Assembly: GCA_043807825.1 (NCBI GenBank)
Contig: JAZDFM010000034.1
Coordinates: 2,700 to 66,699 of the forward strand
Reading direction: 5' to 3'
From: a bacterium
GTDB taxonomy: Bacteria; Patescibacteriota; Patescibacteriia; Patescibacteriales; GWC2-42-12
Length of the DNA: 64,000 bases
Below the pieces are notes generated by a model. It had not been told where the DNA came from. It did no database searches and was given only the letters and a program-made list of their open reading frames with translations. A program made the position numbers and the translations under genes. Positions within the stretch are counted from its first letter, which is position 1. Each line of letters begins with the position of its first letter. Shown in pieces: positions 40,282-49,299 of this stretch.

Positions 40282-40840
40282 ATACTTCCAATTAAACCTC
40301 AAGAATAAAATCATCGCGAGTTTCGCGTGCTTTCTGGCGGTAATTTCGGTTTTAGCCTGCCTCATCGTCGTTCCGACAATCAAAGAAATCAAATCAATGG
40401 GCGAATCAATAGAAGCTCAAAGGGAAGACTTGGAAAGAAAATACATCAAAGGCCAAAGCTTGAGAAAATTAACCGATAATTTAAGCGAAATAGAGCCAAG
40501 GCTTAAATTGCTTGACCAAATTTTTATAAACAAAAACAGGGAGCTTGAATTCATCACCAGCCTTGAAAACGAAGCGAATAAAAATCGCGTAAGCCAAAAA
40601 ATAAATTTAAGCGCGCCTGAAAAAATTGAAAATCAGAATTTTCAAAAAACAGGAATCAAAATCTTTACAAAAGGAAAATTCTCCGAACAGCTGGGGTACC
40701 TGTCCGGCATTGAAAAATTAAGCTACTACATAAACGCCAAAATCCTTGAACTGTCGCATTCGGCCGCGGAGGCTGGCGAAGATAAAAGCCAAAGCGGCGA
40801 TTTGAATATGTCTATTGAAGGAGACGCTTATTGGAATTAA
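40268..40840 (+). CDS. PilO-like protein
   Basis: N-terminal TM, coiled coil, GKF...YLSGIE; position in cluster. Confidence 0.75.
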   Translation: MNGYKYFQLNLKNKIIASFACFLAVISVLACLIVVPTIKEIKSMGESIEAQREDLERKYIKGQSLRKLTDNLSEIEPRLKLLDQIFINKNRELEFITSLENEANKNRVSQKINLSAPEKIENQNFQKTGIKIFTKGKFSEQLGYLSGIEKLSYYINAKILELSHSAAEAGEDKSQSGDLNMSIEGDAYWN

Positions 40841-40844
40841 ATTT

Positions 40845-41120
40845 ATGGCCATTGCTAAAATAAAATTAACCAGAAAAAAATTATCAAGCCTCGCGGCGGC
40901 CGTGATTATTTCGGCGGCTTCGGCTATTTTAATTTTCATTTCGCTGTTTCTTTACAAAAATTTTTATCAGACGATAACGCAAACAAAAGAAATTTTAATC
41001 CTCAAAGAAAAAGTCGCCGTAGACATGGTGGATATGGAAAAATTCAATATGATAATAAAAAAATTGGAGGAAAAAACCAAGCCCGGCGAATTTCAAAACA
41101 TTATCAGCCCTTTTCGCTAA
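40845..41120 (+). CDS. small membrane protein after pilO (PilP-position)
   Basis: TM and C-terminal SPF. Confidence 0.6.
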   Translation: MAIAKIKLTRKKLSSLAAAVIISAASAILIFISLFLYKNFYQTITQTKEILILKEKVAVDMVDMEKFNMIIKKLEEKTKPGEFQNIISPFR

Positions 41121-42322
41121 AGGACTGGCGCCATTTTTCTTAATCTTTCAACTATCGCCGGCAAAATATCAAGCGCGGCTTTTATTTCCGCTCGTGTATT
41201 GTTTTTGCCGAAAGTGAACCTTATCGCGCCGTGAGCCGCTTCATCTCTCAAGCCTATCGCTTTCAGGGTCGGAGAAGTTTTAAGATCCGACGAGGCGCAA
41301 GCCGAACCTGTTGAAACCGCGATTGATTCCAAGCCCAAGGCCATAAGTATTGCTTCTCCCTCGGCGCCGATAAACGATATATTGGCATGAGACGGAACGG
41401 AATTTTTCATATCCGTGTTAACAATGATTTCAGGCACAAGTTTTTTAATTTCCGAAATAAATTCGTTTCTCAATTTTAAAATTTTCTTGTTATTTTTCTC
41501 CTTGTCTTTCGCGCAAATTTTTACAGCGCTTCCCATGCCGGCTATGCCCGGAACATTGAGCGTCCCGCTTCTTAAATTTTTTTCATGATGCCCGCCGAGC
41601 TGCATGGCCGCCATCGGAGTTCCCCGCTTCGCGAACAGCGCGCCGATTCCTTTCGGACCGTAAATTTTATGGCCCGACATTGAAAGCAAATCAACTCCGA
41701 GTTTTTTAACATCGCAATTCAAAAAATTAACAGCCTGAACCGCGTCCGTATGAAAATATATTTTATTATTTTCAGTTCTGTTCCTATTTATTTTCTCAAT
41801 TATTTTTCCGATTTCCGCGATCGGCTGAATACTGCCGATTTCTGAATTCACATACATGATTGAAACAAAAACAGTATTGCCTTTCACGGCCTTTTCAAAA
41901 ACTTCCGGATCAACCGCTCCATTTTCCCCGACCGGCAAATAATCAACTTCAACACCTTCGGATTCAAGCTTTCGAAAAGGCTCTGAAACGGCCGGATGCT
42001 CTATGGCCGAAGTTATAACATGCAATTTCTCCGTTTTATATTTTTTCTTCAAAGCTCCGACAACTCCCAAAACAGCCAAATTGTCGGATTCGGTGGCGCC
42101 TGAAGTAAAAATTATTTCATCGGGCAGGCAATTTAAAAATTCAGCCGTATTTTTTCTCGCCTCGTCCACGGCGGAAAAAGCCGATTGCCCGAAATGATGC
42201 AGAGAAGAAGCGTTGCCGTAATTTTTAGTGAAATACGGCAACATGGATTTTAAAACATCCTTGCCAACCGGCGTGGAAGCGCTATGGTCAAAATATATTG
42301 ATTTATTATTTTTCAGCTTCAT
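41117..42322 (-). CDS. iscS: cysteine desulfurase (IscS/NifS)
   Basis: YFDHSAST, HTDAVQ, SGHKIYGPKG, STGSACAS. Confidence 0.93.
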   Translation of the reverse strand: MKLKNNKSIYFDHSASTPVGKDVLKSMLPYFTKNYGNASSLHHFGQSAFSAVDEARKNTAEFLNCLPDEIIFTSGATESDNLAVLGVVGALKKKYKTEKLHVITSAIEHPAVSEPFRKLESEGVEVDYLPVGENGAVDPEVFEKAVKGNTVFVSIMYVNSEIGSIQPIAEIGKIIEKINRNRTENNKIYFHTDAVQAVNFLNCDVKKLGVDLLSMSGHKIYGPKGIGALFAKRGTPMAAMQLGGHHEKNLRSGTLNVPGIAGMGSAVKICAKDKEKNNKKILKLRNEFISEIKKLVPEIIVNTDMKNSVPSHANISFIGAEGEAILMALGLESIAVSTGSACASSDLKTSPTLKAIGLRDEAAHGAIRFTFGKNNTRAEIKAALDILPAIVERLRKMAPVL

Positions 42323-42336
42323 AATTTATTCCGCTT

Positions 42337-42576
42337 TTACACGGCTATCACTTTTTTCACTTGTTTTATTTTCTTCTTTATTTCCGCTTCAATCCCCTGC
42401 TTCAATGTTATGGATGCCATCGGACAATGCGCGCATTGGCCGATAAGGCTCACTTTTAAAATGCCGGATTTTTCATCAAAACCGATGAAATTCACATCTC
42501 CGCCGTCCATTCGCAAAGAAGGGCGGATTTGATCCAAAATTTCTTTTATCTTATCATCAACGCTTTTTTTCGGCAT
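42337..42576 (-). CDS. NifU C-terminal/Nfu-type Fe-S carrier
   Basis: IRPSLRMDGGDV, GQCAHCP. Confidence 0.92.
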   Translation of the reverse strand: MPKKSVDDKIKEILDQIRPSLRMDGGDVNFIGFDEKSGILKVSLIGQCAHCPMASITLKQGIEAEIKKKIKQVKKVIAV

Positions 42577-42579
42577 ATT

Positions 42580-42969
42580 TTATTTATTATTATATTTTTT
42601 ATATTTTTCAATAGCTTGGCGCAAAGCTTCAATCCCCAGCATTGAGCAATGGATTTTCATTTCCGGCAAGCCGCCCAAATCTTTGACTATGTCGTCTTTC
42701 TTGATTTTCAAAGCGTCTTCCAGCGCCATGCCTTTGGCCCGCCCGGTCAAAGCCGACGAAACGGCTATGGCCGCGGCGCAACCCAAAGTTTCAAATTTAA
42801 TATCTTTGATTATTTTCCCGCCTTTTTTATCAACGGCGATTTTTAAATATATTTTCATTATATCGCCGCAAGACGGATTTCCAACCTGCCCGACAGCATC
42901 CGCATTCTTGATGCTTCCTTGATTGCGCGGATTTTTAAAATGTTCAATAACTTTTTTTGAATATTGCAT
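42580..42969 (-). CDS. iscU: Fe-S scaffold IscU/NifU-N
   Basis: HFKNPRN, NPSCGD, GCAAAIA, KIHCS. Confidence 0.93.
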   Translation of the reverse strand: MQYSKKVIEHFKNPRNQGSIKNADAVGQVGNPSCGDIMKIYLKIAVDKKGGKIIKDIKFETLGCAAAIAVSSALTGRAKGMALEDALKIKKDDIVKDLGGLPEMKIHCSMLGIEALRQAIEKYKKYNNK

Positions 42970-42979
42970 AATATTAAAT

Positions 42980-43714
42980 TTAATATATCTTTACCGTCAT
43001 GCCTACTTCCGCCCAATCGTAAATTAATTTTGCCGGACCGACGCCCAATCTGACGCAACCATGCGAAACCGGCGTACCCAAATGATTTTCTCCTTCGCGA
43101 TAGCCGTTCGGCCAAATCGGCAATTCATGAATTCCGAATTTCCCCGAGCCAAGCCCGACCCAATAAGGCATCCATAATCCGTAAGGCGACCAAGCTTTTA
43201 TGTTTTTATTCAATACTTTAAATGTTCCTTTGGGAGTCGTGTTGCTTTTGCCGCTGGAAACCGGAAAAATTCCCATCCTTACTCCTGACAAAAAATAACT
43301 CAATTCCTGTTTCACGGTGTTTATTTCTATTTTTTTGATCAATTTTATTTTATCGGATTTTGTCGGATCATATCCGTCTTTTATTTCTTCGCCGTCATTA
43401 TATCCGTCGCCGTCGGTGTCGGGATTATCCAAGTTGGAATGAAAATTCAATTCCATTCTATCAGACAATCCGTCGCCGTCAGTGTCATTGTTTTCCAATC
43501 TCGCTTTTTTCGCGTTGCGCGGAGAAAAACCGCTGTTCAGCTCCAGCCAATCGTTATATCCGTCGCCATCGGTGTCGGGATTATTCGGATCGGTATGATA
43601 AATTTTAATTTCATCTTCATCGGGAACGCCATCAAAATCGCTATCCATTAAACTGCCGGCGTTAGCAAACAAAGGAATAGATGATAAAATAATCAATAAT
43701 AAAAACTTTTTCAT
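42980..43714 (-). CDS. secreted L,D-transpeptidase (YkuD) with DTDGDG Ca-binding repeats
   Basis: Signal peptide, four D-x-D-x-D-G repeats, GIHE..SHGCVRL; start trimmed out of the MITE. Confidence 0.9.
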   Translation of the reverse strand: MKKFLLLIILSSIPLFANAGSLMDSDFDGVPDEDEIKIYHTDPNNPDTDGDGYNDWLELNSGFSPRNAKKARLENNDTDGDGLSDRMELNFHSNLDNPDTDGDGYNDGEEIKDGYDPTKSDKIKLIKKIEINTVKQELSYFLSGVRMGIFPVSSGKSNTTPKGTFKVLNKNIKAWSPYGLWMPYWVGLGSGKFGIHELPIWPNGYREGENHLGTPVSHGCVRLGVGPAKLIYDWAEVGMTVKIY

Positions 43715-43737
43715 AGCTTGAACCTCTAAATTAGCCC

Positions 43738-43912
43738 GAGATGGTTTCAAAACTGTTTCGTAACGAAATTTAGATATTTTTTGCCAAAATTAGGAAAGCA
43801 AGCAAAATGATTGAGCCGTAGCAGTGGCTACGGTGAAAATCATTTTGCGCGGCTTGACGAAATTTCGGCAAAAAATAGCAAATTGCAGTAGAAACAGTTT
43901 TGAAACCATCTC
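43738..43912. mobile_element. 175-bp palindromic MITE
   Basis: Perfect 22-bp TIR GAGATGGTTTCAAAACTGTTTC; nested inner stems; central ccgtagc-agtg-gctacgg. Confidence 0.85.
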
Positions 43913-43968
43913 TCCATATCATCATAATATCACGCGCAATTTTAATGTCAAACTTGCCTGTCGGCGAA

Positions 43969-43998
43969 TTGACATTTCGCGTTCGGGGGGGGTATAAT
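43969..43998 (+). promoter_or_regulatory. consensus sigma70 promoter with G8 tract in the spacer
   Basis: TTGACA-tttcgcgttcGGGGGGGG-TATAAT (18-bp spacer). Confidence 0.8.
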
Positions 43999-44000
43999 CA

Positions 44001-44105
44001 AGATCAAGATTTAAGCTTTGGCAAATCAAGGAGGTGAGGAAAATTAGGAAAGATAAGTCGCGCGGATTACCTGCTTAAAATTGCTTGAGAAATAAATCTT
44101 GAGCT
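44001..44105 (+). ncRNA. putative structured leader or sRNA (long imperfect hairpin)
   Basis: TCAAGATTTA/TAAATCTTGA, CTTTGGCAA/TTGCTTGAG, AAG-AGGTGA/TTACCT-CTT stems (paired by eye). Confidence 0.4.
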
Positions 44106-44195
44106 ATGCGAATTGTCTTGTTTGTCGGGGTTGAATATTAAATGAGTTTTTTTAATGTTCTTTTGAAAACAACTTTTTTGCAGAGGAGGTTTGAG

Positions 44196-44552
44196 ATGTT
44201 AAGAAAAAATCTTTTAACGCTTGTCGCATTTTTTTTAATTGCCTTTTATGCGCCGAATTTTGCTTGCGCCGATGGATGCGATTGTTGGATTGTGGGTTAT
44301 GATGAATATTGGACTGATCGGAATAATCCTGCCAGCGGCGACCACGCAGTCGCATGGTTTAAATGCAATAAAATTAACAATAATCCAATAGTAACAACCG
44401 ATTTGCCATGGTCTGGATATCGGAGAAATTGGATGGTTTGGGAAAAAGGCACAAATCACCCCAGGGTTTTCGTTAATGGTTCATATTATTGGCCACTGAG
44501 AACTTGGGGGTGGGAACCGTGGGAAATATTTTATACAGTACACCTGAGATAG
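44196..44552 (+). CDS. small secreted Trp/Cys-rich protein
   Basis: AGGAGG SD, signal peptide ending ACA, about 10 Trp. Confidence 0.75.
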   Translation: MLRKNLLTLVAFFLIAFYAPNFACADGCDCWIVGYDEYWTDRNNPASGDHAVAWFKCNKINNNPIVTTDLPWSGYRRNWMVWEKGTNHPRVFVNGSYYWPLRTWGWEPWEIFYTVHLR

Positions 44553-44581
44553 CAATACAAACCTTTCATTCTTGCGCTTAT

Positions 44582-44619
44582 GGCGGTGAATGTATTATTA
44601 TAAAAATACATTCACCGCC
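44582..44619. terminator. 15-bp-stem hairpin
   Basis: GGCGGTGAATGTATT..AATACATTCACCGCC. Confidence 0.7.
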
Positions 44620-44637
44620 GACTTTAACTTTATATTT

Positions 44638-45135
44638 ATGTTAAAAATCAATACAACAAATCGAATTATTCTAAAACTCAGTCAAGCAATTATAGCTTCT
44701 TTAATTTCATTTATATTTTTGAATATTATTATTTTTTCTTTGCAAATAATATATCCAGCTCCATCATGGAGAAAGATATGCGGAAATAATTGCACTGATA
44801 CTCAAAATGAACATAGCGCGATAACTAATGCCGACATAATATATAGAAGCGCTGTTCAAAAAATATTTTATGTTTTATCTTTATTTTTTATTTTAACAAC
44901 TTACGCAACAAGAAAAAAAGAAAATTTAAAATATATATTTTCATTTTTATCCATCTCTGCATTTCTTTTTGCTTATTTCACTACAAGGGGTCATCAATGG
45001 TATTTTGAATTTGGAACAGAACCGCCAAACGCAATCACTTCTGTTTTTATTGTTGTAATTTTATCAATATTCAATTATTGGATATTTAAAGGTTGCAAAA
45101 AATTAAAAATCAATTTGTATACAAACGATATATGA
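44638..45135 (+). CDS. hypothetical multi-TM protein (low GC)
   Basis: 4 TM segments, IYPAP motif; start uncertain. Confidence 0.65.
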   Translation: MLKINTTNRIILKLSQAIIASLISFIFLNIIIFSLQIIYPAPSWRKICGNNCTDTQNEHSAITNADIIYRSAVQKIFYVLSLFFILTTYATRKKENLKYIFSFLSISAFLFAYFTTRGHQWYFEFGTEPPNAITSVFIVVILSIFNYWIFKGCKKLKINLYTNDI

Positions 45136-45803
45136 CTTCAAAAAAAATCATTTTAATTTCTTCTGTTTTTATTGTTGCGATTCTATTCGCCGGTTTTGGA
45201 TGTTATATTTTTTTGAAACAAAATGGTGGCAAAACACAAATTGCGCGAGAATGCGTAAATACTGATAATTCATACACTAAAACAGATAGAGCAAATTCAG
45301 ATGCGGGAATGACAAAAGCATGGAGCGCATATTATGATTAAAGATATAAATACCAAATAGATTTTCCGGCGGAATTTGATGTAGCTACAATGTACGAACA
45401 TACGGTTAAAGTATCTGACGATTTCGGCGGAGGTTTTTTAACCACGAATGAAGGAATTGTATTTTTTCCCGCGGATTCAATAGATGGACCAGGCGGCATA
45501 TCAATTAAAATATTTGAAAACAGCGGATTTCAATCAACTGATGAATGGCTTGAAAGCCAAAAAAGTGAATATGGAACCAGCGTGGTTGAAAAAAAAATTT
45601 ATATAGACGGCAACGAAGCGATAATCACTCATCAGGCAGGTATGCAAGATGGAAAAATATTTGAAGAATTTAAACAGCAAAAAACAACAGTGTTTATTAA
45701 AGATGACAAATTATTTGTTATAAACGCTAATATGGGCGATTACATAAACGAAAAATTCTGGAACAGCTTCAAATTCATTACAGACAAATATCCTATATAC
45801 TAA
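45132..45803 (+). pseudogene. membrane-anchored PsbP-like protein interrupted by one in-frame TAA
   Basis: ORFs 45093-45341 and 45390-45803 are in the same frame: WSAYYD*RYKYQIDFPAEF. Confidence 0.7.
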
Positions 45804-45932
45804 AAACAATTTCTTGACAATTCGCGAGTTTTTGCTATCATTAAAGAATAAATTTTAAATGACTTCAATTGGTAATTTTTATTTCTACACTATTTTGAAA
45901 TTGAAAATTAAAAATTGAAAATTACTGCGAAT

Positions 45933-46214
45933 ATGGCGCATAAAAAAGCAGGCGGCTCAACAGCTTTAGGCCGCGATTCTCAAAGCAAAAGATTGGGCGT
46001 AAAACTTCAGGACGGAGAATACGCCAAAGCCGGATCAATCATAATCAGACAGCGCGGAACCAAATATCGTCCGGGTAAAAATGTCAAAAAAGGCAAAGAC
46101 GATACTTTATTCTCCGTAATATCCGGTTTCGTGAAATTCGCTTCCAAAAAAATAAGAAAATACGACAATAGGCTTGAAGCCGTGAAAATAGTCAATGTCG
46201 AGGCTCAAAAATAA
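45933..46214 (+). CDS. rpmA: 50S ribosomal protein L27
   Basis: [28 protein letters not shown]. Confidence 0.98.
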   Translation: MAHKKAGGSTALGRDSQSKRLGVKLQDGEYAKAGSIIIRQRGTKYRPGKNVKKGKDDTLFSVISGFVKFASKKIRKYDNRLEAVKIVNVEAQK

Positions 46215-46221
46215 CTTCAAA

Positions 46222-46253
46222 ATAAAAAAAACCGCTTAAGCGGTTTTTTTTAT
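46222..46253. terminator. bidirectional terminator rpmA/pyrG
   Basis: A8-CCGC-TTAA-GCGG-T8 palindrome. Confidence 0.85.
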
Positions 46254-47908
46254 TTTTTCAAATTTACGCACGCTTTCACGAACTCCACGAACAGCGGATG
46301 CGGATCAAGCGGCCGCGAAATATATTCGGGATGGAATTGCGTGCCGATAAAAAAAGGATGATCGGCAATTTCCACGGCTTCCACTATTTTTCCATCAGGC
46401 GAAGTTCCGGCGATTTTAAGGCCGGCTTTTTCAAACTGATCCCTGTAAATATTATTAAATTCATAACGATGCCTGTGGCGCTCCGAGATCACGCTTTGCG
46501 CGCCAAATTTCTTTTTATACGCTTTGGCCAAACGCGTTCCGTGAACAATCTTGCACGGCCAGCCGCCCAAACGGATGGTGCCGCCATATTGCTTTTTGGC
46601 TATCAGCTCTTGCTGGCCAGGCATTATATGAATGACCGGATATTTTGTTTCAAGATCAACTTCATGGCTGTTGGCGCCCTTGAAACCGAGAACATCGCGC
46701 GCGAATTCAATCACGGCCATTTGCATGCCGTAGCATAAGCCGAAATACGGCACTTTATTTTCACGGCAATATTTTATTGTCTTTATCTTCCCTTCAGCTC
46801 CTCTTGAACCCCAGCCTTGGGGAACGATTACGCCATCTAATTTTTTTAAACTCGCAACGCCGTTTTTTTCAACTTCTTCCGTGTTTATCCAAACAAAATT
46901 CGGTTTGCATTTATTGACGCAACAAGCGTGCTTAACGGCTTCAATCACGCTGATGTAAGAATCCGAAAGGCAAAAATCTCCGGTAGCGAAATATTTGCCC
47001 ACAATGCCTATATTAACTTCATTCTTAACGCGCTTCATTGAATCCACGAAAGCGCGCCATTCTTTCAAATCTTTTTGCCTGGCTTTCATGCCGAGTTTTT
47101 CTAAAATTCTTTCTCCCAAATTGTCATTTTCAAAATTTATCGGCACCTCGTAAATTGAATCAATATCCGGCGCGCTGATCACATCATTTTCCTGTATATT
47201 GCAGAACACGGCCAATTTCTGCCTGCGCGGGCTGTCAATATTGAATCTGGAGCGGGCAATGATAAAATCCGGCTGAATTCCGGCTGAATTAAGCGCCCTG
47301 ACAGCGTGCTGAGTCGGCTTGGTTTTCATCTCCCCCACTTTATCCGGAATCGGCAGATAAGACACCATTACGAACAAAACATCCTTCGGATTGGCCAAAT
47401 GCATCATGCGCGCGGCTTCCAAAAACAGCAAATTTTCGTATTCTCCCACGGTTCCGCCTATTTCAATCACCACAATTTCCGCTTTGGCTTTTTCAGCGGC
47501 TTTCCTGATTCTTGATATCACTTCATTCGGTATGTCGGGAACGACTTGCACGCATTTTCCGCCGTATTCCAAATTTCTTTCTTTCATGATAACCGTTGAA
47601 TATACGCGTCCGGTAGTCATGTAATTTTCCCGATAAATATTCTTATTCAAAAATCTTTCGTAATTTCCTATATCTTGATCGGTTTCATCGCCGTCTTCAG
47701 TAACAAAAACTTCACCATGCTCAATCGGGTTCATTGTGCCGGCATCAACATTGACATAAGGATCAACTTTTATCGCGCTCACATTGAAGCCTTTTGACTG
47801 CAAAATTCTTCCGATGGACGCGCAAGTTATGCCTTTGCCAACGCCCGACATCACTCCGCCGACCACAAAAATGTATTTTACGGATTTGCTTTTTTTCACA
47901 TTAGGCAT
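46250..47908 (-). CDS. pyrG: CTP synthase
   Basis: GGVMSGVGKG, DPYVNVDAGTM, KTKPTQ, GLCYGMQ, ERHRHRYE, QFHPE. Confidence 0.98.
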   Translation of the reverse strand: MPNVKKSKSVKYIFVVGGVMSGVGKGITCASIGRILQSKGFNVSAIKVDPYVNVDAGTMNPIEHGEVFVTEDGDETDQDIGNYERFLNKNIYRENYMTTGRVYSTVIMKERNLEYGGKCVQVVPDIPNEVISRIRKAAEKAKAEIVVIEIGGTVGEYENLLFLEAARMMHLANPKDVLFVMVSYLPIPDKVGEMKTKPTQHAVRALNSAGIQPDFIIARSRFNIDSPRRQKLAVFCNIQENDVISAPDIDSIYEVPINFENDNLGERILEKLGMKARQKDLKEWRAFVDSMKRVKNEVNIGIVGKYFATGDFCLSDSYISVIEAVKHACCVNKCKPNFVWINTEEVEKNGVASLKKLDGVIVPQGWGSRGAEGKIKTIKYCRENKVPYFGLCYGMQMAVIEFARDVLGFKGANSHEVDLETKYPVIHIMPGQQELIAKKQYGGTIRLGGWPCKIVHGTRLAKAYKKKFGAQSVISERHRHRYEFNNIYRDQFEKAGLKIAGTSPDGKIVEAVEIADHPFFIGTQFHPEYISRPLDPHPLFVEFVKACVNLKK

Positions 47909-47919
47909 ATTTAATATTA

Positions 47920-49206
47920 TTATTTCTTATTTAATATTTCCACTGCTTTATCCATCTGCGGATCAATGTTTTTATCATAATCCTCCTGCGAAAAATCAAC
48001 TTCAACATCCGGAGATATTCCTTGCTCGTTGATATTATATCCTTTGGGCGTAAGCCATTTCGCCACGGTTATTTTCACCGAAGAACCGTCTTTCATATCT
48101 TCCAAAGTTTGCACCGATCCTTTCCCGAAAGTTTTCATTCCCACGATAACAGCTTTTCCCGTATCCTTCAAGGCTCCGGAAACTATTTCCGATGCCGAAG
48201 CGCTTCCCTGGTTAACTAATACGACAGTTGGAAAATTTTTCAATCTGGCCCGGCCGCGATGCGAATATTCGTTCTTTTTTTCATCGCTGAATTGCTCTGT
48301 AACAATAAATCCAGTGTCAATCCATTCGCTGGCAACATCAATGGAAGTTTCCAAATATCCTCCTGGATTGTTTCTCAAGTCAAGAATAATGCCTTTAGGA
48401 TTTTTTTCAACCGCTTCTTGGGCGGCTTGCTTGAACAATTCGCTCGTATCGTCGTTGAAATTGGTTATTGTTATCACAAATATTTTATCATCGCGCATTT
48501 TTGTCTTGACGCTTTTGATAAAAATCGTCTGCCTGATTATTTTAAAATCTTTGGTTTTTTCAAAGCCTTTCCTGAAAATCGTCAAAACGACTTCCGTTCC
48601 TTTGGCGCCGCGTATTTTATTCACGGCTTCTTCAATCGTAAAACCCGCGGTTGATTGCCCGTTCACGGCGTAAATTTTGTCTCCTGCCTGCAATCCGGCT
48701 TTTTCAGCCGGCATGCCGGCCAAAGGAGCCACAATGGTTATAATTTCGTCTTTCTTTCCTATTTCCGCGCCGATGCCTTCAAAAGTTCCGGCCAAATCAT
48801 CGGAAAATTCTTTGGCGATTTTAGGCTCCATGAAAATAGTGTACGGATCGCCGATTGATTCAACCAAGCCTTTAACTGCCCCATAAAACATTTTTTTATC
48901 GTCTAATTTGCTTTTATCAACATATTTGTCTTTAATTTGATCCCAAACATCCCAAAATAGATTAAAATCAACATCCCGCGTCAATTTATTGGCCGGCGCG
49001 GTGACATATTTGTTATAAACTTCTCCGGCGTAAGCCGCTTCCTTAATGCTGGCCGATTTGATAAATTCATTTTTTTGCGCGAAAATCATACCGGCTCCGA
49101 AAGCGGCTGACAGCAAAAACAGGCTTAATAAAATAATTCCGCCGATTTTCAAACGCTTCGGCTTTTTCGCTTTAAGCGCTTCAATCGGCGATTCAATGTT
49201 ATTCAT
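47920..49206 (-). CDS. S41 carboxy-terminal processing protease
   Basis: DPYT, PDZ GIGAEI, LDLRNNPGG, SASASEI, TFGKGSVQ. Confidence 0.96.
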   Translation of the reverse strand: MNNIESPIEALKAKKPKRLKIGGIILLSLFLLSAAFGAGMIFAQKNEFIKSASIKEAAYAGEVYNKYVTAPANKLTRDVDFNLFWDVWDQIKDKYVDKSKLDDKKMFYGAVKGLVESIGDPYTIFMEPKIAKEFSDDLAGTFEGIGAEIGKKDEIITIVAPLAGMPAEKAGLQAGDKIYAVNGQSTAGFTIEEAVNKIRGAKGTEVVLTIFRKGFEKTKDFKIIRQTIFIKSVKTKMRDDKIFVITITNFNDDTSELFKQAAQEAVEKNPKGIILDLRNNPGGYLETSIDVASEWIDTGFIVTEQFSDEKKNEYSHRGRARLKNFPTVVLVNQGSASASEIVSGALKDTGKAVIVGMKTFGKGSVQTLEDMKDGSSVKITVAKWLTPKGYNINEQGISPDVEVDFSQEDYDKNIDPQMDKAVEILNKK

Positions 49207-49299
49207 AACTCTTTCATAATATCACAATTTTATTTATTTTGACAAATCGCGCGCCGGCATGCGCTTGCTTTTTCCGGCAATTTCTGTTATATTAGCCGC

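Noticed and set aside
43340-43650. DNA repeats ccgtcgccgtcggtgtc as a DGR or mobile repeat
   Set aside because: Explained by DTDGDG protein repeats in the L,D-transpeptidase; no reverse transcriptase nearby.
45339-45341. Alternative genetic code (stop reassignment)
   Set aside because: TAA, TAG and TGA all terminate conserved genes at the expected positions (e.g. thyA TGA, mrdA TAG, nusG TAA).
44142-45803. Integron cassette array
   Set aside because: No integrase, and the hairpins lack recognisable attC RYYYAAC/GTTRRRY ends.
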